This document shows, one piece after another, positions 10,701 to 18,925 of a stretch of DNA of 57,249 nucleotides (the first letter of the stretch is position 1; every line of letters begins with the position of its first letter). Source of the DNA: a virus. Lineage: Duplodnaviria > Caudoviricetes. The position numbers and the translations under genes were made by a program. The notes under the pieces are model-generated. The model did no database searches and was not told the DNA's origin. It saw only the letters and a program-made list of their open reading frames with translations. The stretch is taken from IMG/VR virus record IMGVR_UViG_3300022876_000186, positions 1-57,249 of that record, one strand, 5' to 3'.

Positions 10701-12486
10701 TGAACTCAAGGGCGGTGATCTCGTAGTCGCCTTCTTGGGTGCGAGTAGTCTTCAACACCCGGAACAGCTGGACCGCCAGGTCGTCATAATCAATCGCCCA
10801 CTGCAGTTCCGGCTCCGGCTGCACGCCATACGCGGTGGTCACCGTCACTGCACGCCCAGCAACCGACTGCACGGTACGCGCCTGGGCGGTTCCGTTTGGC
10901 AGGTTCAGGATCAGGCGGTCGCCGACCTTGATAGGCGTGTCACGGTCCAGCGTCACGACGCGCCCGGCCGCCGACGATATCCGACCACCGTTTGGACGGC
11001 CGGCCACCAGCTCGTCTGCCACTGGAATGACATAGCCAGGCAGCGGGATCCGGCCCTCCATACCAGTCTTGAAGGTGACGGTGCGATCTTGGCTGTTGCT
11101 CAGTAGTGCCCACTTACCGCGGCGTTGTGCCTCGGAGGCGCGGGTGCAGCCAATGGCCGAAATTTCCACCGGACGGTCACGGTACCGGCGCTGGAGCGCC
11201 AGGTCGGTCACCGGGATGACGTCGGTGTCATAGTTGTTGGCGGGGTTGTCGTAGCTGACCAGGGCGCGGCTGTAGTGCGTATTGCGCTCGGCGCCGCCAT
11301 ACACGAACTCGCCATCGATGACGTTGGCCCGGGTGAAGACGTAGTCGATGTCCTGGGCGCGCGGCATGTCCGCCTGCATGAACAACGAGCCGTGAGCCCA
11401 GTACACCATGCCACGGTAGATAGCCGACAGGTCGCGCAGCAGCGTCCAAGCCTCAGCGCGACCCTGCAGGTTCATGTCGCACAAAAAACGCGGCTCCTGG
11501 CCGCCCTGCCCGTTCGGCACCAGTTGGTCGCAGTACTGGGCGATGCGGTACATCTCCCATTTGTCGACCATCCACGACTTGATGCGCTTACCTAGGCCGA
11601 AACGATCCTCGACGCACAGGCCGTAAGTCACAAAGGCCGGGTTGTTGGTCCAGGCCTGCTTGAAGGTGCCGTCCCATACGCCGGTATAGGTGCGTGCAAC
11701 GGGATCGTAGTTGGTCGGCACCGGCCAGCGCTTGGCCTTGCACTTCACGGTTACCGCAGGGATGTTCTGGAACTGCTGGGCGTCAAACTCGATGTACAGG
11801 AGCGCGGTGTTGGGGTAGCGCAGTTTCTCGTCAATGATTTCGGTGTAGCCGGCGATAGTCATAGTGTCGGCTACAGTGCCACTGTTCTGGTTCGGCGTTA
11901 TCCGACGGACACGGAACATCCAGCCCGAAGTGCTGGCTGGAAGGTCGACGCTGACGGAGCGCTGATAGCCGTTGGTGGTCTTGCCGTCCACTGCGCCACG
12001 GTGAGCCTCGACATAGGCACCGCCGTCGGTAGCGATGTCGATCGCATACTCGATACGATACCCGTTGGTGTTGCCACTACTGTCCTGGCTGGCCAAGCGA
12101 GGCCAGGTGAAGCGAAGGCGTAGGCGCGAAAGCTGGGTGTTGCTCAGAGCGCGCGTGAATGGGTTTTCGCTACGCAGCTCGACGTTAACCGTGTTCTCGT
12201 TCTCGATTGCAGGAATACCCTTGATGTATTCCTGATCGATGCTGCCTGTACGCCACTCCCAACTCACGCCCGGGAAGTTCACGTTGCCGCTGACATCCAT
12301 GATCGGTGTGTTGTCGAGGTAAATGTCACGGTCAGTTGGCGTGCCGTCGAATTCCCCTTCCCCCACGGCTAGCAGGATGCTCGCGATGTTGGTCGACTGT
12401 AGGCTGTCCGGCGCCTCAACAGGCGTCTTCGGCTTGCTGCTGCCGCCTTTCGCGCCAGCGATGTCCAGGTGCTGTGCTGCGCCCAT
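4792..12486 (-). CDS. Host-specificity / central tail fibre protein J-like (about 2560 aa)
   Basis: GAKGG start, TNNPAF, FN3-like region, coiled coils, DUF1983-like C-terminus (SADRVAI); internal repeats. Confidence 0.92.
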   Translation of the reverse strand: MGAAQHLDIAGAKGGSSKPKTPVEAPDSLQSTNIASILLAVGEGEFDGTPTDRDIYLDNTPIMDVSGNVNFPGVSWEWRTGSIDQEYIKGIPAIENENTVNVELRSENPFTRALSNTQLSRLRLRFTWPRLASQDSSGNTNGYRIEYAIDIATDGGAYVEAHRGAVDGKTTNGYQRSVSVDLPASTSGWMFRVRRITPNQNSGTVADTMTIAGYTEIIDEKLRYPNTALLYIEFDAQQFQNIPAVTVKCKAKRWPVPTNYDPVARTYTGVWDGTFKQAWTNNPAFVTYGLCVEDRFGLGKRIKSWMVDKWEMYRIAQYCDQLVPNGQGGQEPRFLCDMNLQGRAEAWTLLRDLSAIYRGMVYWAHGSLFMQADMPRAQDIDYVFTRANVIDGEFVYGGAERNTHYSRALVSYDNPANNYDTDVIPVTDLALQRRYRDRPVEISAIGCTRASEAQRRGKWALLSNSQDRTVTFKTGMEGRIPLPGYVIPVADELVAGRPNGGRISSAAGRVVTLDRDTPIKVGDRLILNLPNGTAQARTVQSVAGRAVTVTTAYGVQPEPELQWAIDYDDLAVQLFRVLKTTRTQEGDYEITALEFNPSKFAAIDTGAKLDERPISVIPVTTVLPPASVTLTSVYAVDQGIGVNTMTIAWPAVQGAVAYDVEWRKDNGNWVRVQRTGAASVDVVGIYAGAYLARVRAVSSFDITSIWRDSSLTELKGKVGLPPAVASLSATPLVYGTRLNWAFPAGAEDTQRTEIWQSPTTLRDDAAKLGDYSYPQAEHEIHGLAAGVSFYYWARLVDRSGNVGPWYPAGVGVNGQSSSDQSEYEEYFKDKISNGALYPALREEISLISGPPTQAGSVAQRLAAEATARGQAIAAEATARGQAIAAETSARNQAIAAEEVERNKAIAVETQARTKAIGDESAARAQGLLSEAQARGAAITSEAQARQSADESLSQKIETVTASAGNNAAAIQTEATTRANADSALGESIAIVAANTASNAAAISNETTARTTADAAMASQIASLRAESGGFDSTLNYGFASSVEGWSGTRCTLTVENGRLIVTNDSAGAYLNSPLVAIKGRDHDRLRCRITRRAGTGWTGQVSYATAGHGSSTAYNKIIPNPGLAVGQTMVLEWDMSQLTNGGSDWSDSTITRFYLWISGTAGDVFEIDWIAVGQIAPSASVASVVDERTARISGDEANASAVTALGSSLTTTNQNVTAAQQAAQDAATLAGGKGKVLVQETAPAAADRLEQNLWIDTTNNSNTPKRWNGTAWAAVTDKVATDAAAAAQSALSQLAGKADASALQALSTTVTNQGTTLSSQGNSITELNSSLQTTNGNVTTAQQAAQAAADLAGGKGKVLFSTPAVADRKAENLWIDTTNNANTPKRWNGTAWVAVTDKAATDAAAAAASALAQVAKKADASALQALNSTVTSQGTTLTSQGTALTQLKASIGQQPDNLILRGSFEDGLVDPWTNNPGITNISAHPSAGKGISFYDNSFCGVGFNVLTKGGEQFDLAADIWPNYMTAGQTTRLQMQFYDKANNNLGYFTAFTVPAGTGGFKTSTGRITAPEGAVSARFVTRTEPADGTGRSLWCNILARRVTAADAANAEAVSNLSSTVTQQGTTLTSHGQALTQLNNDLQSVAQGKADASALQTLSNTVTSQGNTLSSQGVSITQLNSGLQTTNGNVTTAQQAAQAAADLAGGKGKVLFSTPAVADRKAENLWIDTTNNANTPKRWNGTAWVAVTDKAATDAAAAAASALAQVATKAEAAALQTLSNTVTSQGNTLTSQGNALTGLQASIGSLAGNGANLLDSAYSWLASTTLPPLSGQLLTRAGVAVPEADSGFGLRLVTTEANNIFAYVTLASSNSAAGFNMRVEAGTYLVSMNVKGDTAGQIMANLYDGVTSRSATLNYTTDRQRLTFVITITGSSKVGLLIYPNRHNAASAAIVVDSIMVEKRVGESNTPSPFVAGPTARAAGALAAAQQALDVRVTQTESGLSSTSAAVTTLSNSLQTTNGNVTTAQQAAQAAADLAGGKGKVLFATPAVADRQAENLWIDTTNNGNTPKRWNGTAWVAVTDKVATDAAAAAQSALTQLASKADASALQTLQSTVTSQGNTINSQGTSLTQLKASLSQQPDNLVLRGTFEDGLVDPWTGNPGIAGLTAHPSAGKAIAFYANSFCGTGRFIISGGEQLDLSADVYRAYMTAGQTGNFQVQFFDKTDTNLGYFNAFTFSAGGGFQTFSGRLTAPAAAVSARFVTRIQPADGTGRALWCNIVARRVTAADAANGEAISTLGTTVTQQGTTLTSQGQSLLSLTNRMTDAEGVNSAQAAAISQMDTTVKQQGTAITAAATRLDGLYVQVNPEMEGDSTSLAGATGGLVGVWTEQSARIEDGIAIGRQVETVQAQMGQTNASVQQVSEVVAGVDGRVSAMSSWKTETNANGKKVATGIIQGSDGAVGEILLSADRVAIINGLNGPESSLFVFQDGQLFLNSALINQAFIQSLVVGMTLRSQAVNSQGLPLIEINLASGSFTVRGQDANGSTLLNNGGLYVYDANGTERTAVGRLT
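6180..8860 (-). repeat. Four copies of a ~90-aa module inside J
   Basis: TTNGNVTTAQQAAQ..GGKGKVL..NLWIDTTNN..TPKRWNGTAW copies at about 6180-6450, 7170-7445, 8220-8490, 8580-8860. Confidence 0.9.
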
Positions 12487-12498
12487 ACTTATCTCCAA

Positions 12499-12523
12499 GC
12501 AATAAAAAACCGCCCGGAGGCGG
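12499..12523 (-). terminator. Hairpin plus U-tract module upstream of J, identical to 13152-13176
   Basis: GCAATAAAAAACCGCCCGGAGGCGG present twice, flanking gene I. Confidence 0.6.
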
Positions 12524-12542
12524 CTTGTTCGTTCAGCCGTGG

Positions 12543-13139
12543 CTACTTCTTGTCTTCGGCACGAATCGACACAGAGATGATCGCCCCGCCCCAGCGACGT
12601 TCGCCGATGCAGATCGGAACAGGGTTGCCGCTGGCCGTGGTGTTTTTGGCGCTGCCGAAGGCGTAACTCGGTAGGTTTTCAGGGGCGGCGCTCTGGGATA
12701 GGCCCTTTGCTTGGGGGCTTAGCATCTGGATGACGCCGCCCAAGGCGAGTGATGCTCCGAGGGATTGCCCCCACCCCTGCATCCCAGGAACGAAAAACGA
12801 CGCGGCGAAGATTACGGTTCCAATGATCGTCTGAAGAAGACCTCCGCGCTTGCTCCCGCCGATCACGGGAACAATGCGGATTTCTTTGGTGCCACGGCGC
12901 CCAAGGTCATCGGCGCCTACATTTTTTCGGTTGCGGAAGACGGCGAAGCGGACTCCCAGGGCATCAAGCCGTCTGATCTCCTCCACGAAGCCGGGAAGAG
13001 TAACGCGCAACGCTTTGAACGCTTCCCACCCCTCTCCACTATCCAACTGGCGGCAATGCGCACGGCCAAATTTCTGAGCCAGCGAGCCGGAAAGCTTGAT
13101 CGTTGTCATCTGCGCGTAATGCGCAACCGTTGCAGCCAT
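12543..13139 (-). CDS. Tail assembly protein I-like
   Basis: IRIVPVIGGSKRGG, Gly-rich hydrophobic region, SYAFG..NTTASGNPVP. Confidence 0.9.
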   Translation of the reverse strand: MAATVAHYAQMTTIKLSGSLAQKFGRAHCRQLDSGEGWEAFKALRVTLPGFVEEIRRLDALGVRFAVFRNRKNVGADDLGRRGTKEIRIVPVIGGSKRGGLLQTIIGTVIFAASFFVPGMQGWGQSLGASLALGGVIQMLSPQAKGLSQSAAPENLPSYAFGSAKNTTASGNPVPICIGERRWGGAIISVSIRAEDKK

Positions 13140-13194
13140 ACTTTCCTCCGGGCAATAAAAAACCGCCCGGAGGCGGTTGATAGGTGGTGTTACA

Positions 13195-13539
13195 TCAAAG
13201 GCACGATTTTACTGCACCCTCTATCGCGGAACGCCCGACACCTGGCATCCATGGAACCCGCTGATAGAATACAACCGAGCTACCCGTGCCCGTCTTAGAG
13301 ACCTCAAGCAATTCGTCTGTCAGGTTCATCGCAGCAATGACTAGACGGTAGCCATTCTGAGTCTCTGACATGGTCGCTTCAGATCGAGCATCCTGCCATT
13401 GAGGGAATACACATAGCGCGTACTCCTTTGGCGACTTCTTGGTAACAGCTTTGGTCGTTGGAGAATTACCTTTCAGGTCGCTCGGCGACACGCACCCCGC
13501 CAGCAACGCCAGCCCCACCACCCCGAACAGAATTCGCAT
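13195..13539 (-). CDS. Moron lipoprotein (candidate superinfection exclusion)
   Basis: MRILFGVVGLALLAGC lipobox, GGAGG RBS, own extended -10 (TGcTACAGT). Confidence 0.8.
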   Translation of the reverse strand: MRILFGVVGLALLAGCVSPSDLKGNSPTTKAVTKKSPKEYALCVFPQWQDARSEATMSETQNGYRLVIAAMNLTDELLEVSKTGTGSSVVFYQRVPWMPGVGRSAIEGAVKSCL

Positions 13540-13578
13540 GTGATCCCTCCCTTGAAACCAGCGACTGTAGCAGCCGAA

Positions 13579-13696
13579 CTGGCCGGGCATCCAGCGTGGA
13601 TGGAAAGCCAGTAACGCGCCAGCATTTCGCCATAGTAGCTTTGCACCTCCAATGAACCGCCCTGGTCCATTGCCAGAAAGCCCATGGACTGGGGCC
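13579..13696 (+). promoter_or_regulatory. Repeated moron promoter/leader module, copy 1
   Basis: Homologous to the reverse complement of 43590-43703: CATCCAGCrTGGATGGAAAGCCAGTA, TAGTA, 10-bp hairpin. Confidence 0.7.
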
Positions 13697-13716
13697 TTAT
13701 CGAGCCAAGAAACACA

Positions 13717-14190
13717 ATGTCAAGCTATTCACTACCCGAGGGGCTGAGCTATGTGCCGGTCAAATTTATGGACGACAATGGGGTGGTGCGGGATCGTCGC
13801 CCAGGGCGCCCTGTGGTCCAAGTAGTTTTGCGGTACGCACAAGATGCTCAGGCGAAAGCGCAAGCGCCGGAAAACCCGAACCCAACTTACGCACTTTTAG
13901 ATACCGGCGCTGACTACAACTACGGAACGGCAGAAGCTATCAGCATGGCCCAATGCCCACAGATCGGGACGTCCACCACAAGATGCAACGCAGGCTCCAT
14001 CGCTAGCACTCAACATAGATGCCACATCTACTTCCCTGAAGCGAAAGTACAGCTGGAGACGGACATTTTCTCTGTACCGCTTCGTAATAGCAGCGCGACC
14101 GAGGATCTAGTTGTCGGAATGCTGACGATTGAATGCGGGGCACTAGTGCTGGATTTCAAGAAAGATATTTATCGCCTTTACTTGGGCTAG
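13717..14190 (+). CDS. Retropepsin-like (clan AA) aspartic protease
   Basis: ALLDTGA catalytic motif and C-terminal LVVGM motif. Confidence 0.75.
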   Translation: MSSYSLPEGLSYVPVKFMDDNGVVRDRRPGRPVVQVVLRYAQDAQAKAQAPENPNPTYALLDTGADYNYGTAEAISMAQCPQIGTSTTRCNAGSIASTQHRCHIYFPEAKVQLETDIFSVPLRNSSATEDLVVGMLTIECGALVLDFKKDIYRLYLG

Positions 14191-14425
14191 TCACCACTCT
14201 GGTTGAAATGGTCCTGATGCGTTCCACCTTGGTGCCTTCAAGCGAGCACCACCCAACAAACAGCAACTCCCGTGAATCCCACGGCCCATCCTGTGGCAAT
14301 GGGACGACTTCGCTGTCGTCCCATCTGCAGGGTGTCGCCGGCTTCACGGGAACGACTTTTGCCCTTGGGTCGATCCTGGTTTCAAGCCTGCTCACGGCCA
14401 CGACATCCGCCTTCTGATTGCTCAT
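14156..14425 (-). CDS. Hypothetical protein
   Basis: AGGAG RBS before ATG 14425; converges on the protease gene. Confidence 0.45.
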   Translation of the reverse strand: MSNQKADVVAVSRLETRIDPRAKVVPVKPATPCRWDDSEVVPLPQDGPWDSRELLFVGWCSLEGTKVERIRTISTRVVTSPSKGDKYLS

Positions 14426-14449
14426 AGCCACTCCTGCGGCCTGGCCGCT

Positions 14450-14887
14450 TCACTTCGCGTCCCGGTGACGCAACACAAGGCGCGTCCGGTCGAGCCAGGG
14501 CCCGCCGAACACGATGATTTCTGATGGCCTGCCGAGCAGGTGGTGCAGCATGAAGGGGCCGGGGCCGAACACCTGGACATGCTCTTCTGGCAGCTGCGCT
14601 TCAGCGCCCAGGTAGATACCTGCGTGGTTCGGGTGGGCGGTACGGCCAACGGCCATGACGATCATGTCGCCACGCTGTGGTTGGCTGACTTGGTAGAACC
14701 CAGCGGCCTCGTAGGCCTGCTCGTAAAGGCTCGGGCCATCCTCCTGCTCCCACCACCCCTCCTCCCGGGCGTAAGCCGGAAACTCCAGCCCCCACTCCCG
14801 CTTGTACCAGTCTGCGCAGACCTGCCAGCAGTCCCAAGCGCCGTGCACGAATGGCCTACCCAGCAGCGGCGCGTGGCCGGTAGGCGT
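14450..14887 (-). pseudogene. C-terminal NlpC/P60 remnant of tail assembly protein K
   Basis: LLGRPFVHGAWDCW...NHAGIYLG...MLHH present; N-terminal MPN/JAB half and start codon absent. Confidence 0.85.
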
Positions 14888-17087
14888 TTGTGACCTCGAC
14901 CTTCTGCTGCTCAATGATCGCGGCGCGCTGGGCGGCATACGACTCCTGCGAGATGAGTCCGGCCTTCTGCGCCGCGTCCAGCTCCTTCTGGTGGTTTTTG
15001 TATTCGGCCAGGATGGCAGTCAGGGCGTTCTTCTGGTCGTTGAAGCCGGAAAGGTCGACGGACGTGGTGCGCCCGCCGGTGTCCTTGAACTGCTTGGCGA
15101 TGTCAGCCTGCACCCGAGCGATGTTCTCGGGTTTCAGCCGCTCATCATCCGGGTTGACTTTGCGGATCGCTTCGAGAGACTTGGTGTACTCCTTCAGCGC
15201 ATCCGCCCGCTTTTCTGCGTTTGTCCTGGCTGACTTTTCCATTGCATCGATCTTACCAATCGCCACAATCGCCGCCTGCTGACGCTGGGCGTCGAGCTCC
15301 TGGGCCCTCGCGATGGCTTGCTGTGTGTCTCGCTGCTGGATGAGCGCTTTGAGCTCAAGGTTGGCGTCCGTCAGCTTCTTCTGTGCTGCGGTGTCGTCAG
15401 GATCACCATTCACCGCACTCTGCGCCGCTGCCAGACGTTGCTGCGTCTCGACGATACGGCTGGCGATATCCTGGTCACGACCGATGTTCTTGACCGAATC
15501 GACCGTTGCAGCGACCTCGCCCCGCAGTGCCTTCCAGCCGCGTTCCCAGATCGAGAGGTTCTCGGTGACTTCCTTGCTGCGATTTTTGATGGTATCGACA
15601 TAGGTGTCGGTGAGCAGCTTGGCGGCCCCGATGGTGTCGCCCTGCTCCTTCAATGCCACGATCTGCGAGTACGTCGAGGCAGTCAGGAAGTTGTACTGCT
15701 CGTTGAGGTCCTTGGCAGCTGCCACCGGGTCCTTGCCGATCTTCACGAACTCGGCCACGGTGTCCTCGACGGCTTTGCCGGTTGCCGATCGCCACACCAG
15801 TGCGGCCTCGGTGATCTCGACGAAGCTGGCAGAGGCTACCTTACCGCTGCTGGCCAGCTGGGTGAGCACCTCTGCCGCAGCGCCGGTGGTGCCAACAGTG
15901 GAGGCGACCTCGCGCGCCATCCCGGATAGGCGGTCGGACGTAGTGCCGGCGGCATTACCGGTCGTGATCAGCGCCTTCTGGAATTCGACGGCCTCCTCGC
16001 TGCCGGAGTAGTAGGCGTATCCAAGCACGGCAACCGCTGCAGCCGCGACGGTGAACGGGTTCACCAGGCCCAGGACATAGCCGCCAAGGGCTTGCACAGC
16101 CGGTCCGATGCCGCCAAACATGTCCTTGAGCTGTCCGCCCTGCTGCAGCAGTACCTGGAGCGGAGCCTGTCCACCCTGCAAGGACACCACAATATCGGTG
16201 AACTGTGCCGGTACGCCGCGCAGGGCTGCTGCGGTGGCTTTGGCTGACATGCCCGTCTTGTTCAGCGCAACATCGGCGCCGCCCAATGCGGTGCGCGCCT
16301 GGTCGATCTTCGTCTGGTACTCGCCGAAAGTCTCCGCATCGAGCGCGCCACTAGTGCGGAAGCCCTTCAGCTTCTGCTCCATCTGGTCTAGGCGGTTCAT
16401 TGCTGCGACGGTCGGGTCGATCTTGCCCAACAATTCCTCGAGCGCCTGACCTTCTTCCCGATGCGCGCCGGCGGCATTCCTCGCCGCCTCAGCCTGACGC
16501 TCCTCCGTGGCGATGAGGGCCTGGGCCCGGCTGTTGATGGCGGCCTGACGGCTTGCACTGTCCGAAAGCACGGCGTTCGCCTGGGCGGTAACCTCGGCGC
16601 TCTGCTCGGTCGCCCGGTTCAGCGACTGAACGTACTGACTGGCCTCCAGCGAGGCCTTGGCCACAGCCAGAATCCTTGCCTGCTGCTCGTCGGCAGATTC
16701 GGCAGCGCGCCGCCCAGCCTGGGCGCCAGCGTCAGTAGCGCTGGTCAGCGCTTCCTGCACCTTGCCCGCCTGCGCGGCCTCGGTCCGAAAAGCCCCCATG
16801 TTGGCGGCGGCGCTGCTGAACGCCGTGGATGCGCTGGTAACGGCTCGCCCCACGGTTGCCATTTGCTGCGCTAGCTCTGTCTGCTTGGCGTTGAGCGCCT
16901 GAAGCTCCTGCACGATCTGCCGGGTGTCACCCTGCAGGCTGCCCAGGGCAGTCTCCCAGGCACGCCCAGTTCGTCCAGCTGACTCTTCGCTGCGCTTGCC
17001 GGCGTCCGTCAGCAGGTCGAGGTTGTCCTTAGCCTCGACGGCATCACCGGAGTCGATCTGAAGACCGAGAGAGGCAATGGTGGTCAT
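14856..17087 (-). pseudogene. Tape measure protein, C-terminally truncated
   Basis: Lambda H-like PAQFTDIVVSLQGGQ..QQGGQLKDMFG; ends abruptly in out-of-frame K sequence (RPRAAAG*). Confidence 0.85.
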
Positions 17088-17090
17088 GAT

Positions 17091-17407
17091 CTACTCCATG
17101 GATTCGGCCAGGACGGCCAAGGCCTCAACCTCCATGACGCGGAGATCGGGAAAAATGTCGGTGAGGTCGCGGCGCTTGATGCCGAGCATTGCGGCCGTTG
17201 CTGGAATGGCGGTGTAGTCCAGGCCGGACGGACCGCCCGAAGCCACCCGCCACTGCGTGCCCAAGGCATCGAACAGGCGGAAGGCTGGCCACGCATCCGG
17301 CCAGACCTCCACCTCTTCTTCATCGATGTCTTCTGGGGTCAGTCCCAAGGCCGCAAGTTGGTCGGCGGTAGGGCCCCGCTCGTAGCAGGCCCGGGCCGCC
17401 GCCCTCA
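17091..17407 (-). CDS. Tail assembly chaperone frameshift extension (gpT-like, DUF1799-like)
   Basis: TQWRV..GLDY motif; frame is open up to the slippery site. Confidence 0.8.
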
Positions 17408-17788
17408 GTTTCCCAAGCGGGCCGGGCTGTAGGCGGCCTGGAAGGCATCGACGACCGCCTTCGGCGCGCCGGTGCAGGTGCGCACAAGCTCGGTGATGGC
17501 CTCGGCGCTGAACTCGTCCTCCAGGTCCCAGCCAGTGACGATCTCGCCTAGCTGTTCGGCCTGCAGGGCGATTTCACCAGTGGTGGCCTCCTCCCACGTC
17601 GCCCCGTCCTTCTGAGCCTTCTCCGCCCAGGCGTCGCGCGCCTTGTTCCAGCGATCGAACATAGCGGACAGGGCCACGCGATCCATGTAGCGGAACTGGA
17701 ACTCAACGGGCGCCGGCTCGGCGCCAATGCGCGGAACCTCCACTACGGCAGCGAAAGTGGGGTTCTGCGCGATCTTGATCTTCGCCAT
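17405..17788 (-). CDS. Tail assembly chaperone (gpG-like)
   Basis: Between tail tube and tape measure; ends ARLGN at the slippery site. Confidence 0.85.
   Translation of the reverse strand: MAKIKIAQNPTFAAVVEVPRIGAEPAPVEFQFRYMDRVALSAMFDRWNKARDAWAEKAQKDGATWEEATTGEIALQAEQLGEIVTGWDLEDEFSAEAITELVRTCTGAPKAVVDAFQAAYSPARLGN
17408..17414 (-). other. Programmed -1 frameshift slippery site GGGAAAC
   Basis: X XXY YYZ heptamer just before the chaperone stop; the -1 frame joins the downstream ORF, as in lambda G/GT. Confidence 0.8.
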
Positions 17789-17797
17789 GAGTGCTCC

Positions 17798-18457
17798 TTA
17801 AGCGCCAGCCAGGTAACGAATCGAGCGAGCCGACAGGCCTACGCTGATGGTGCGGGTCATCACGTTGTTCCGCTCCATGGTCGGGTCGGGGGTGATGCTG
17901 ACGTAGCCCGGGTACAGGATCTGGTCGCCGTTGCGGAGCTTCATGCGGATCACGGTCAGCTCTTTCGAGGCGTCGTAGCCCTCGACGGTTTCGACGTAGG
18001 CAGCGCTGGGCTGGTCCTCAACCGCGATGGTCAGTGACCGAGGGTTGCGGTTCGACGGATACTGCTTGTCGTCGTCATCCTCCAGATACCCGACGGTGGT
18101 GTACTGCTGCTCACCACCTGCGGAGTTGAACCCGGTCACCTTGGAGATCTGCACCCAGTCCGACACAGGCAGAACGGAGCCGACGCCTGCGCCAGCGGTG
18201 AAGAATTCGGCGTCGCTGGTATCCAGGCCGGCCAAGGAGAAGGCGTCGGCGGCGACACCGGAAGCCTTGACGGCTCGGTCGTTGATCAGTGCCCAACCGG
18301 AGTTAACCAGCAGAATGTCGCCGTTCGCGATGTTGTGGCCGACTGCGGTCGCGACCGGCGGCTTGGCGTTGGACAGCGCGGTGAATGGGACGGCGGCGCC
18401 GATGACGCGTGCGATTTCCAGCACGGCGCCGTTTGGCAGCGGGAAGCGTGCGGCCAT
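17798..18457 (-). CDS. Major tail tube protein
   Basis: LPNG start, WVQISKV, GGEQQY motifs; synteny. Confidence 0.85.
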   Translation of the reverse strand: MAARFPLPNGAVLEIARVIGAAVPFTALSNAKPPVATAVGHNIANGDILLVNSGWALINDRAVKASGVAADAFSLAGLDTSDAEFFTAGAGVGSVLPVSDWVQISKVTGFNSAGGEQQYTTVGYLEDDDDKQYPSNRNPRSLTIAVEDQPSAAYVETVEGYDASKELTVIRMKLRNGDQILYPGYVSITPDPTMERNNVMTRTISVGLSARSIRYLAGA

Positions 18458-18496
18458 GTTGTGTTTCCTCTTGATAGCCCGCCGGGCGGCGGATGG

Positions 18497-18925
18497 TTAT
18501 GCCCCAGCGGGCGGTTGGTCCGCGACGCCGCGGTAGGTGAAGCTGGCCGGGACCGTGTAGGTCGCCGACTCGGTGATGGTCGGACCCTGCTCTATCGGTT
18601 CGGTGACCAGGCCCTCGAAGCCGTTGCGACTGAGCGCCGAATCAACCCGGAAGAGGCTCGAAAGCTCGTCGACCAGGTTCTCAGCGGTTACCAGAGGCTG
18701 GCCTGCTGGGCACACGATGCTCACCTGGTAGACGCCGGTGTATTCGTAGGCCTCGCCGCCCAGGTAGCGGCAATTGGTTGCTCCGGGCAGCTGAAAGGCT
18801 TGCAGGTAGGTTTCCCCTGGCTGAGCCTCGAAGGCCTGTTCGAAGTTCGCGACCCGAATCGGGCGCGACGTGGCCCAGGCCATCAGCTTGATCTCGATGG
18901 CTTGCCGGGCCTTTGCTTGGCTCAT
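18497..18925 (-). CDS. Tail terminator-like protein (DUF4128-like)
   Basis: YTGVYQVSIVCPAG motif; synteny. Confidence 0.75.
   Translation of the reverse strand: MSQAKARQAIEIKLMAWATSRPIRVANFEQAFEAQPGETYLQAFQLPGATNCRYLGGEAYEYTGVYQVSIVCPAGQPLVTAENLVDELSSLFRVDSALSRNGFEGLVTEPIEQGPTITESATYTVPASFTYRGVADQPPAGA

Noticed and set aside
14450-14938. Intact 162-aa NlpC/P60 gene as given by the ORF track
   Set aside because: Its N-terminus is out-of-frame tape measure sequence without an RBS; it is a deletion remnant.
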